DNA of 59,818 bases from Betaproteobacteria bacterium (GTDB lineage Bacteria; Pseudomonadota; Gammaproteobacteria; Burkholderiales; Casimicrobiaceae): the NCBI GenBank assembly GCA_039933715.1, contig JBDTNO010000001.1, forward strand, positions 1 through 59,818. The letters run 5' to 3'. Below, piece by piece: positions 37,713-48,519 of the stretch (its first letter is position 1; each line of letters begins with the position of its first letter). The position numbers were made by a program, and so were the translations under genes. Under the pieces are notes generated by a model. It ran no database searches and was not told where the DNA came from. It was given only the letters and a program-made list of their open reading frames with translations.

Positions 37713-39428
37713 CTACGGCCCGATGCCGCGCCGCGGGCCGCGCACCAGGTAGTCGGGCGCGATCGAACCGCGCGATTGCGCGAACCATCCGGGCGCGATG
37801 ACGAGGTAGCCGTCGAAGACGCCGAGGCCGTCGTCGGGGCCGATCGACCAGTCGAACTTCGCGTCGCGCGACCAGAGCAGGTAGAGCGTGCCCGGGTCGA
37901 GCTTGCCTTCGTTCAGCGTCGTCGTGATCGCGGCGTTCGCCGCAGCGACGCGCGGGAACGACACGCGCGCGAACTGTCCGGTGTTGATCGCCATGCCGTG
38001 GTCGACCGCGTAGAGCGCGAGCCACTCCCAGCCGCGCGCGGTGTTCGCGACCGGCGCCATGCGGATCGTCCGGTACCGCCTGGCGGCCTCCGCCCAGAAC
38101 GGCGAGGCGAGCGGGGTTGCGCGCGACGCCGGCGCGACGATGAAGCGCTCGTGGAAATAGCCGCGCATCGCCTCGAAGCGCGGCGCGAGGTCCGCCATCT
38201 GAAGCGCGACGCAGCCGACGATGACGATCGTCGCGGCGCGCGGCGCGAAGCGCGTCGCGACGATCGCGCACGCGGCGAACGTCAACGCGTACATCGCGAC
38301 CCACACGAGGCGCCCGGACGCGCGCAGCGTCGCGACCAGCTCGAGGAGCTTGCCGCGAAGCGGGAGCTCCAGCACGACGCGGTCGCCCCACGCGATCTGG
38401 TGCGACAGCGCGAGGGCGAAGAGCAGCGTCGCGACGACGATCAGGGGAAGGTAGGGCCGCAGGTTCGGGCGCGGTCCGCCCGGCTTCAAGAGCGCGACGA
38501 GCGCGACCGCGAGCAGCACCAGCACGCCGGCGCCGAGATAGCCGTGGCCCTCGAGCTCGGCGCCCTTCATCACCGGCAGGTTGGGCAGGAAAAGCGAGCC
38601 CCAACCGGGATTGAAGAACGCGTTGAGATTCGCCGCGTACTTGCCGTAGTAGTGGCTTCCCCCCGACATCGCGTCGCCGGGCAGCACGAAGTAGCCGGCG
38701 AGCGCCATCGTGATGCCGAGCGCGATCACGACCGTCGCGACATGGCGGAACCATTCGTCGAGCGTGGGCCGCGGCAACGGGTCGAAGTGCCGCCGTCTCA
38801 GCACATCGGCGGCCCACAGCGCGAGCACGAGGTAAAGCAGGTACGCGTGCACGAGCGATGCGATGCAGGTGACCGCGATCCATGGTCCGGTCGAGAGCTC
38901 GCGATGGGGCCGCAACGCGAGCCACAATCCCCACAGCACGAGCCAATGCGACATCAGCGCGTAATGGCCGATCGCGCGGTCGAGCAGCGGCACGCTCGCG
39001 ACGAACAGCAACGTGATCGCGTAGCGCTCGATCGCCCGCCCGGATGCGAGCGCGGCGAGCAACCCGCCGAAGAACCCTTGCAGCACGAAACACAGCAGCG
39101 CCCAGAGGCCGAAATACTGGAACGGGTCGGGCAGCCACGCGGACGCGAGCTTCGCGGCGAACGCGGCGATCGGGATCGAGTCGGTGAACGGGATCGCGCT
39201 GCCGATCTCGAGCCCGTAGGCGCGCATCGCGCCCGGCGGCCAGCGCCACGGCTCCACGCGGAAAAAGCGCCAGCCGAGGTACTCGGCGGCCGGGTCGCCC
39301 TCCATCAGCCAGATCCAGTACGACGGATCGAGCAGGCGAGGATCGAGAACGAGGAAATAGACGACGGCGCCGGCTGCGGCGCCGAACACCGCGGATGCGG
39401 GCAGCGTTCGCCCCGCGCTCGCAGGCAT
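37713..39428 (-). CDS. Polytopic membrane protein, DUF6311-like, putative GT-C glycosyltransferase
   Basis: W.FFR.EPW.WPPG, FTDSIP, PFQYFGLW, EG.GYLGAG, LRASGR..W; many TM segments. Confidence 0.72.
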   Translation of the reverse strand: MPASAGRTLPASAVFGAAAGAVVYFLVLDPRLLDPSYWIWLMEGDPAAEYLGWRFFRVEPWRWPPGAMRAYGLEIGSAIPFTDSIPIAAFAAKLASAWLPDPFQYFGLWALLCFVLQGFFGGLLAALASGRAIERYAITLLFVASVPLLDRAIGHYALMSHWLVLWGLWLALRPHRELSTGPWIAVTCIASLVHAYLLYLVLALWAADVLRRRHFDPLPRPTLDEWFRHVATVVIALGITMALAGYFVLPGDAMSGGSHYYGKYAANLNAFFNPGWGSLFLPNLPVMKGAELEGHGYLGAGVLVLLAVALVALLKPGGPRPNLRPYLPLIVVATLLFALALSHQIAWGDRVVLELPLRGKLLELVATLRASGRLVWVAMYALTFAACAIVATRFAPRAATIVIVGCVALQMADLAPRFEAMRGYFHERFIVAPASRATPLASPFWAEAARRYRTIRMAPVANTARGWEWLALYAVDHGMAINTGQFARVSFPRVAAANAAITTTLNEGKLDPGTLYLLWSRDAKFDWSIGPDDGLGVFDGYLVIAPGWFAQSRGSIAPDYLVRGPRRGIGP

Positions 39429-39448
39429 GGCGGTCGAGTCGAACCCGA

Positions 39449-40231
39449 TCACGCGGGGCGCGGACCGAACTCGGCGATCACGGGAGCGTGGTCGGAGGGC
39501 TTGTCGCCCTTGCGCGCGCTGCGGTCGATCGTGGACGAGACGCAACGCGCGGCGAGCGACGGCGATACCAGGATGTGGTCGATGCGCAGCCCCATGTTCT
39601 TCGGGAACGCGAGCATCCGGTAATCCCACCAGCTGAACGTCTTCGGCGGCTGGTCGAACAGGCGGAAGCTGTCCTTCAGGCCCTGCGCGATCCAGCGCGC
39701 GAACGCCTCGCGCTCGGGCGGAGAGAACAGCACCGAATTCTCCCAGGCGGCCGGGTCGTGCACGTCGCGCGGCTCGGGTGCGATGTTGAGGTCGCCGACG
39801 AACGCGAGATCGGGAAACGTCGCGAGCGCGTCGCGCAGGTACGCTTCGGCGGCCGCGCACCAGCGCAGCTTGTACGCATACTTGTCGGAACCGACCGACT
39901 GGCCGTTGGGAACGTACGCGCACACGACGCGCACGCCGTCGACGGTCGCGGCGATCACGCGCTTCTGCTCGTCGTCGAAGCCGTGAAGCCCGGTGGCGAC
40001 GTCGCCGACGCGGATGCCGTCGCGCACGAGGATCGCGACGCCGTTGTAGGTCTTCTGGCCGAAGACGTGCGACTGGTAACCCGCCGCCTCGATCTCGGCG
40101 CGCGGGTATTTGGTGTCCTCGAGCTTGAGCTCCTGCAGGCAGACGACGTCGGGCTGGTTCGCGGCGAGCCAGGGGAGCACGCGCGGCAGGCGCATGCGCA
40201 GCGAGTTGATGTTCCAGGTGACGAGCTTCAC
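39449..40231 (-). CDS. xth: Exodeoxyribonuclease III
   Basis: TWNINS, LQELK, YNGVA, YVPNG, GDLNIAP, GLRIDH, SDHAPV. Confidence 0.96.
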   Translation of the reverse strand: MKLVTWNINSLRMRLPRVLPWLAANQPDVVCLQELKLEDTKYPRAEIEAAGYQSHVFGQKTYNGVAILVRDGIRVGDVATGLHGFDDEQKRVIAATVDGVRVVCAYVPNGQSVGSDKYAYKLRWCAAAEAYLRDALATFPDLAFVGDLNIAPEPRDVHDPAAWENSVLFSPPEREAFARWIAQGLKDSFRLFDQPPKTFSWWDYRMLAFPKNMGLRIDHILVSPSLAARCVSSTIDRSARKGDKPSDHAPVIAEFGPRPA

Positions 40232-41313
40232 GCGGCGCTTCCCGTCCTGATCACGCCGCGCGCGACCTGGTCGCGCTCGATCGACTCGAACAGCGCCTTG
40301 AAGTTGCCTTCGCCGAAGCCCTCGTCGCCCTTGCGCTGGATGAACTCGAAGAACACCGGCCCGAGCACCGTCTGCGAGAAGATCTGCAGCAGCAGGCGCG
40401 GCTTGCCGCCCTCCGTCGTGCCGTCGAGCAGGATGCCGCGCGCGCGAAGCTCGGAGACCGGCTGGCCGTGACCGGGCAGTCGCTCCTCCAGCATCTCGTA
40501 GTACACCTCGTTGGGCGCGGTCATCAGCGGCACGCCGGCCATCTGCAGGCTGTCGATCGTCGCCAGGAGGTCGTCGGTGATCAGCGCCACGTGCTGGATG
40601 CCCTCACCGTTGTACTGCATCAGGAACTCCTCGATCTGTCCCGAACCGCCGCCCGACTCTTCGTTCAGCGGGATGCGGATCTTGCCGTCGGGGGCGGTCA
40701 TCGCGCGCGACGTGAGGCCCGTGTACTCGCCCTTGATGTCGAAGTAGCGCAGCTCGCGGAAGTTGAAGAGCTTTTCGTAGAACGCCGCCCAGTAACCCAT
40801 GCGGCCGCGGTAGACGTTGTGCGTGAGATGGTCGATGAGCTCGAGGCCATGGCCCGCCGGATGCCGGTCGACGCCGCCGAGGAACGCGAAGTCGATGTCG
40901 TAGATCGAGCGGCCTTCCTCGAAGCGGTCGATCAGGTAGAGCGGTGCGCCGCCGATCCCCTTGATCGCGGGCAGCCGCAATTCCATCGGTCCGACCGGCA
41001 TGTCGACCGGCTGCGCGCCGAGCCCGAGCGCGCGCGCGTAGGCCTTGTGCGAGTCGCGTACGCGAAACGCGAGGCCGCACGCCGACGGGCCATGCTCGGC
41101 GGCGAAGTACGCCGCCGCGCTCTTCGGCTCGTTGTTGACGATGAAGTTGATCCCCCCCTGCCGATACAGCAGCACGTCCTTCGAGCGGTGCTTCGCGACG
41201 AGCGTGAAGCCGAGCTTCTCGAACAGCGGCTCGAGGACGCCGGGCGTGGGCGAGGCGAATTCGACGAACTCGAATCCCATCAGCCCCATCGGGTTGTCGT
41301 AAAGGTCGGCCAT
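40228..41313 (-). CDS. hppD: 4-hydroxyphenylpyruvate dioxygenase
   Basis: [49 protein letters not shown]. Confidence 0.96.
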   Translation of the reverse strand: MADLYDNPMGLMGFEFVEFASPTPGVLEPLFEKLGFTLVAKHRSKDVLLYRQGGINFIVNNEPKSAAAYFAAEHGPSACGLAFRVRDSHKAYARALGLGAQPVDMPVGPMELRLPAIKGIGGAPLYLIDRFEEGRSIYDIDFAFLGGVDRHPAGHGLELIDHLTHNVYRGRMGYWAAFYEKLFNFRELRYFDIKGEYTGLTSRAMTAPDGKIRIPLNEESGGGSGQIEEFLMQYNGEGIQHVALITDDLLATIDSLQMAGVPLMTAPNEVYYEMLEERLPGHGQPVSELRARGILLDGTTEGGKPRLLLQIFSQTVLGPVFFEFIQRKGDEGFGEGNFKALFESIERDQVARGVIRTGSAA

Positions 41314-41333
41314 GGCGCGTCGTCCCCGTGCAG

Positions 41334-42305
41334 TCAGTCCAGCTTGATGTCGGCCTTCTTCACGAGCTGCGCATAGCGCTCCTGCTCGCTTTTCATGAAC
41401 GCCGCGGCCGCGTCGGGCGTCGTCGGCGCGATCACGTTCTCCTGCTTCGCCATCGCTGCCTTCACGTCGGGCGTCGCGTACGCGGCGGTGAACGCGTCGT
41501 GGATGCGCTTGACCTGCGCCGGCGGCAGCTTCGCCGGGCCGACGACGGCGAACCAGCCGCCGATGTCCACCGACGGGAAGCCCTGCTCCGCCATCGTCGG
41601 CACGTCCGGCAGCGACGCGACGCGCGATTTTCCCATCACGCCGATCGCCCGGAGCGCGCCGCTCTTCACGTGCGCCGCGACCGCGGGCAGGGAGACGACG
41701 CCCATCTCGACCTGGCCGCCGATCAGGTCGGTGACCTGGGGACCGGTGCCCTTGTACGGAACGTGCTTGACGTCCACGCCCGCCGCGTCGACGAACATCT
41801 CGCCGGCGAGGTGGATGATCGTGCCGTTGCCCGACGACGCGTAGTTGTACGCGCCCGGCTTCGCCATCAGGAACGCCTGCAGCTCCCTGGCGTTCTTCGC
41901 CGGCACCTTCGTCGCGTTCACGACCAGCAGGAACGGGGTCGCGCCGATGACGCTGATCGGCGTGATGTCGTTCAGGCTGTCGTAGGGCAGGCTCTTGAAC
42001 ACGCTCGGGTTGACCGCGTGGTTGTTGGACACGACGGCCACGGTGTTGCCGTCCGGGGCCGCCTTGACGATCGCGCTCGTGCCGGTGATGCCGCCGGCGC
42101 CGGGAAGGTTCTCGATCACGACCGGCTGGCCGAGCGCCTTCGAAAGCTCCGCCTGTGCGGCGCGCACGATGGCGTCCACGCCGGAGCCCGCGCTGACCGG
42201 CAGGATCACGCGCATCGGGACCTGCGCCGGCGCGGTGGCGGCCGCGCCGAGGGCGAGCGTCGCGCCGAGCGCGAGGACGAGGCGTCGAATGGGGCGAGCG
42301 TTCAT
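41334..42305 (-). CDS. Bug/TctC tripartite tricarboxylate transporter substrate-binding protein
   Basis: Signal peptide, [32 protein letters not shown]; AGGAG RBS. Confidence 0.93.
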   Translation of the reverse strand: MNARPIRRLVLALGATLALGAAATAPAQVPMRVILPVSAGSGVDAIVRAAQAELSKALGQPVVIENLPGAGGITGTSAIVKAAPDGNTVAVVSNNHAVNPSVFKSLPYDSLNDITPISVIGATPFLLVVNATKVPAKNARELQAFLMAKPGAYNYASSGNGTIIHLAGEMFVDAAGVDVKHVPYKGTGPQVTDLIGGQVEMGVVSLPAVAAHVKSGALRAIGVMGKSRVASLPDVPTMAEQGFPSVDIGGWFAVVGPAKLPPAQVKRIHDAFTAAYATPDVKAAMAKQENVIAPTTPDAAAAFMKSEQERYAQLVKKADIKLD

Positions 42306-42338
42306 GGCTTCTCCTTCGTGGATACGTGCTGGCGTCGG

Positions 42339-43505
42339 TCAATGGCGCGCGAGCGCGCCGAGGATTTCCTCGTTGTGCTCGCCGACCTTCGGCAGCGGTC
42401 GCCGCACGCCGAGCCGGCGTCCGCCCAGGAGGAGCGGCAGCAGCACGACCTTGGTCGAGCCGCCGTCGTCGGTGGGCATGTCGACGAGGCCGCCGCTGCC
42501 GACCAGGTGCGGGTCGTCGACGAGCTGGTCGGGGCGCACGATCGGCGCGTAGGGAATGCCCGCGGCCTCGAGCTTCGGCATCAGCTCGGCCACGCGATGA
42601 AGCCGCATCGCCTCGCCGAGCGCCGCCATCATCCTCGGGCGCAACGCCACGCGCTGCGCGTTGGTCGCGAGCGACTCGTCCTGCGCGAGGTCGGGACGGT
42701 CGATCACGCGGCACATCGCCTGGAACTGCCTGTCGCTCACCGCGCCGACGAACAGCTGCTCTCCGTCGGCGCAGGTGAACACGTCGTACACGCTCCATGC
42801 CGAGACGCGCGAGGGCATCGGCGGCGGCGGCTCGCCGGTCATCTGGAACTGCTGCATGTGCTGCGCGGCGAGCAGGCAGCAATTCTCGAACAGCGCGCTC
42901 TGGATCTCCTGGCCCAGGCCCGTGCGCTCGCGCTCGCGCAGCGCCGCGAGCACGCCGATCGCGCCGAACATGCCGCCCATGATGTCGTTGACGCTCGAGC
43001 CCGCGCGCAGCGGCTTGCCGACAGGCCCGGTCATGTAGGTGAGGCCCGCCATGTTCTGCACGACCTCGTCGAGGGCGAGCCGGTTCTCGTAAGGTCCGGG
43101 CAGGAACCCCTTGTGCGACACGTAGACGAGGCGCGGGTGCGTCTGCGAGAGCGTCGCGTAGTCGAGACCGCGAGTCGCCATCAGGCCCGGTCGGAAGTTC
43201 TCGAGCATCACGTCGCAGGTCGCGATCAACGCGAGCGCGGTCGCGTGGCCCTCGGGCGCGTCGATGTCGAGCACGACGCTCTTCTTGTTGCGATTGAAGC
43301 TGCGGAAGAAGCCGATGCCGAGGCCGGGCAGGTGGCGCGTCTTGTCGCCGCCGGGCGGCTCGACCTTGATCACCTCGGCACCCAGGTCGGCGAGGATCAT
43401 CCCGCACATCGGCCCCATCACCATGTGCGTGAACTCGATCACGCGGATGCCGGACAGCGGCAGGTCGCTCGATTCCATGGCGGGGGCTCCGGAAGGCGTC
43501 GTCAT
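42339..43505 (-). CDS. CaiB/BaiF family III CoA-transferase
   Basis: [48 protein letters not shown]; ATG 43505 overlaps the upstream stop. Confidence 0.93.
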   Translation of the reverse strand: MTTPSGAPAMESSDLPLSGIRVIEFTHMVMGPMCGMILADLGAEVIKVEPPGGDKTRHLPGLGIGFFRSFNRNKKSVVLDIDAPEGHATALALIATCDVMLENFRPGLMATRGLDYATLSQTHPRLVYVSHKGFLPGPYENRLALDEVVQNMAGLTYMTGPVGKPLRAGSSVNDIMGGMFGAIGVLAALRERERTGLGQEIQSALFENCCLLAAQHMQQFQMTGEPPPPMPSRVSAWSVYDVFTCADGEQLFVGAVSDRQFQAMCRVIDRPDLAQDESLATNAQRVALRPRMMAALGEAMRLHRVAELMPKLEAAGIPYAPIVRPDQLVDDPHLVGSGGLVDMPTDDGGSTKVVLLPLLLGGRRLGVRRPLPKVGEHNEEILGALARH

Positions 43506-43657
43506 CGTGCGGGCGCGGCGGGCCGGAAGGCCTTCGGCATGCCCGCGCGCCACATCGTGCCACGCATCGCCTCGCCGTCGAGCCAGCCCGCGACCTTGGC
43601 GCGCAGGTCGAGGAGCGGCGCCGGCCTGTCGCACATCGCGACGGCGGCGGCGTTCAT
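43502..43657 (-). pseudogene. C-terminal remnant resembling HMG-CoA lyase (51-aa ORF)
   Basis: Manual translation [51 protein letters not shown]; resembles the end of betaproteobacterial HMG-CoA lyase-family proteins; no room for the full gene. Confidence 0.62.
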
Positions 43658-43829
43658 CCAGGCGAAAATACCCCTCGGGCAAGGCGGCCCGCTCGCGGAT
43701 CTCGACGCATCGGATAACGCTGCGCTCCTGACCGGCGCGCCGCGACCGGCGTTTGCCGGAAAGGGGAACGACTATCCGGCAGGCGGCCGGCCCGCGCGCT
43801 GGTCGCGCGTCCTGCCGACGACCCGCGCG

Positions 43830-44435
43830 CTACTGCGGATATCCGCTGCCCTTCGGCGGCGGTGGCGGGGCGGACTGCGTCTCGGCGCGAGGCGCCTCGG
43901 GCGGACGCGCTCCGGGGACCGTGCGGCGCGGCGGCGGCGCCTTCGGATAGCCCGCCTCGTCCAGCATCGTCGTCCAGCGCGCTTCGTTGAAGCCCTTGGC
44001 GACGAGCTTGTCGCCGACCTGGAGCACCGGCGCGGTCATCTCGCCCGTCAGCGCCTGCAGCCGCGCCGCGTTGGCGGGCTCCTCGACGTTCACCGTCGTG
44101 AACGGCACGCCGCGCTTGTTGAGCAGGCCCTCGGCGGTCTGGCAGACGTCGCCGCATGCGAACGTGTAGAGCGTCACCGGGAACCGATCCATCGCCTGCT
44201 GCGTGGCGAGCGGCGTCGTGTCGGTCTCGATGTAGTTCGCGCCGATGCGCTTCGCTTGCGCCTTCTTCGCGTCCGCGGGCGGCGGACGATCCGAATAGAT
44301 GACGCGGCCCGAGGGATCCTCGTAGCGGTACACCTGGTTGCCGGTGGCCTGAGCGAAGGCACCCGCAGCGATCACGAGCGCGATCGCGCCGGCGACACCG
44401 GCTGCTCCACGATTTCCCGCGTTCCCGAAGGCCAT
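43830..44435 (-). CDS. Exported DUF4124 plus glutaredoxin-like protein
   Basis: GGAGG RBS, signal peptide, VYRY.D..G...YSD.PP, CGDVC, RGVPF, P.L.VG. Confidence 0.85.
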   Translation of the reverse strand: MAFGNAGNRGAAGVAGAIALVIAAGAFAQATGNQVYRYEDPSGRVIYSDRPPPADAKKAQAKRIGANYIETDTTPLATQQAMDRFPVTLYTFACGDVCQTAEGLLNKRGVPFTTVNVEEPANAARLQALTGEMTAPVLQVGDKLVAKGFNEARWTTMLDEAGYPKAPPPRRTVPGARPPEAPRAETQSAPPPPPKGSGYPQ

Positions 44436-44445
44436 GGGAACCTCC

Positions 44446-46500
<2,055 letters not shown>

Positions 46501-46548
46501 GCTTGGTCCTTCTTTACGCTCCGGTGACGGAGCTTCGCTCGGTCGTCG

Positions 46549-47292
46549 TCAGGCGGGATTCGCCAGCGCCGTCTTCAGCCGGGCCAGGTCGTCGGGGGTG
46601 CCGAGGTTGGCCCACGGGCCCGGATAATACTCGCCGGTCGCGTGCCCGTCGCGGATGCAGTCAACCATCAGCGGCAGCAGTTTGAGCTTCTCGCCGCGGG
46701 GAAGTTCATCGAACAACGCGGTGTCGTACAGGCCGATATTCCCGTAGGTCAGGTTCGCGGGGCCGTCCGTCAAGGCCGCGGGCTGGAGCGGCAGCAGCTT
46801 GCGGCCGGCGCCGCCCTCCGCGAGAGCGCCGGCCAGCGCGAAGTCGCCCGCGGGATGGTAGGGCGGGTTCGGCACCATCACGAGGTGGATCGCGCGTCCG
46901 CGCGCGACGCCGAAATGCCCGCGATGCCGGTCGAGCGCGGCGTAGTCGTACGCGGTCCACAGGTCGCCCGACACGACCAGGAGCGCGCCGCCGGCGAAGA
47001 GCGGTCGCGCCGTCGCGAGGCCGCCGAGGGTCTCGAGCGGCTCGGCCTCGATCGACCAGTGCAGCGCGACGCCGAGCTCGCGGCCGTCGCCGAGCGCGTC
47101 GACGAGCTTGTCGGCGAAATGCGACGCGTTGATCGCGATGTCGCGGTGGCCCGCTCGCGCGAGGGCCCCGATCTGGTGGGCGATCAGCGGCTTTCCCGCG
47201 ACTTCGAGCAGCGGCTTGGGCAGCGTGTCGGTCAGCGGCCGCATCCGCTCGCCGCGGCCGGCCGCTAGGATCATCGCGGTCGCCTTGCCCAT
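46549..47292 (-). CDS. murU: MurNAc-alpha-1-phosphate uridylyltransferase
   Basis: AMILAAGRGERMRPLTD..PKPL, LETLGG, NPPYHP.GDF; follows amgK. Confidence 0.85.
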   Translation of the reverse strand: MGKATAMILAAGRGERMRPLTDTLPKPLLEVAGKPLIAHQIGALARAGHRDIAINASHFADKLVDALGDGRELGVALHWSIEAEPLETLGGLATARPLFAGGALLVVSGDLWTAYDYAALDRHRGHFGVARGRAIHLVMVPNPPYHPAGDFALAGALAEGGAGRKLLPLQPAALTDGPANLTYGNIGLYDTALFDELPRGEKLKLLPLMVDCIRDGHATGEYYPGPWANLGTPDDLARLKTALANPA

Positions 47293-48377
47293 CAGAAAGT
47301 GTGGCCGACGCGCGTGGCGCGGCCTTCGATCGTGTCGATGAGGCGCAGGAGCGGCCCCAGCGCCGAGTAGCGCGCGCACGCGGCGCGCAGGTACGCCATC
47401 ACGCGCGGCATGTCGGCGAGGTAGCCGGCCTTGCCGTCGCGGTGGTAGAGGCGCGCGAAGATCCCGAGCACCTTCAGCTGGCGCTGCACGCCCATCCACT
47501 CGAAGTCGCGCCAGAAGGCGCCGAAGTCGGGGTCGACCGGCAGGCGCGCCGAACGCGCGCGCTCCCAGTAGCGCACCGCCCAGTCGAGCTGCAGCTCCTC
47601 GTCCCACGCGACGTACGCGTCGCGCAACAGCGACACGAGGTCGTAGGTGATCGGTCCGAGCACGGCGTCCTGGAAATCGAGGACGCCCGGGTTGGGCGCC
47701 GACACCATCAGGTTGCGCGAATGGTAGTCGCGATGCACGAAGACGCGCGGCTGCGCGAGGTTGTTCGCGAGCACGGCCGCGAACGTGCGATCGAGAACTT
47801 CGCGCGTCGCCGCGTCGATGGCGACGCCGAGGTGGCGCGCGAGGTACCAGTCGGGGAAGAGCTCGAGCTCGCGGCGCAGCAGCGCCTCGTCGTACGGCGG
47901 AAGCTCGCCCTCGCGCGTCGCCGATTGCCACTGCACCAGCGCGTCGATCGCGTCGAGGTAGAGCGCGTGGGCGATCGGGGACTCGCCGATCGCGGCCTTC
48001 GGCGGGGCGACGGAACTCGCGGCCCCGTGCGCGCCGCTCGCGCGCTCGTCGTCGATCGCCTGCAGGTAGGTGACGCTGCCGAGGTCGGAGAGCAGCAGGA
48101 ACCCCTGCGCGAGGTCCTGCGCGAGCACGCGCGGCGCATGCACGCGCGCCTCGACCAGCAGCGTCGCGACGTGCACGAACGGACGGCAATCCTCCATCGG
48201 AGGCGGGGCGTCCATCGCGATCAGCGTGCGCGCGCCGTGACGCTCGTCGTCGAGCGTGACGCGGAAATAGCGGCGGAACGAGGCGTCGGCGGACGCGGGC
48301 GCGATCGTCCGGCCGGTGCCGGGGAGCACCGTCGCGAGCCAGGCGTCGAGCTCGGCGAGGCGTTCGGCGGCGGTCAT
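47292..48377 (-). CDS. amgK: Anomeric MurNAc/GlcNAc kinase
   Basis: DASFRRYFR, MDAPP, HRDYHSRNL, DFQDA, QRQLKVLGIFARL..RDGK; divergent from lptD. Confidence 0.88.
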   Translation of the reverse strand: MTAAERLAELDAWLATVLPGTGRTIAPASADASFRRYFRVTLDDERHGARTLIAMDAPPPMEDCRPFVHVATLLVEARVHAPRVLAQDLAQGFLLLSDLGSVTYLQAIDDERASGAHGAASSVAPPKAAIGESPIAHALYLDAIDALVQWQSATREGELPPYDEALLRRELELFPDWYLARHLGVAIDAATREVLDRTFAAVLANNLAQPRVFVHRDYHSRNLMVSAPNPGVLDFQDAVLGPITYDLVSLLRDAYVAWDEELQLDWAVRYWERARSARLPVDPDFGAFWRDFEWMGVQRQLKVLGIFARLYHRDGKAGYLADMPRVMAYLRAACARYSALGPLLRLIDTIEGRATRVGHTF

Positions 48378-48519
48378 CGGATGGCGCGGCCGCTGTCGGA
48401 CGGGCGGGCCAGTGTCGAGGCGGAGGAGCTGCGGGAATCACGCGGCGAACGCGATGAGGTTTCCGCGCGCGCCTTCGGTAGAATGCACCATTCTAGCAAA
48501 CCGCCGTCCACGCTCCCAC

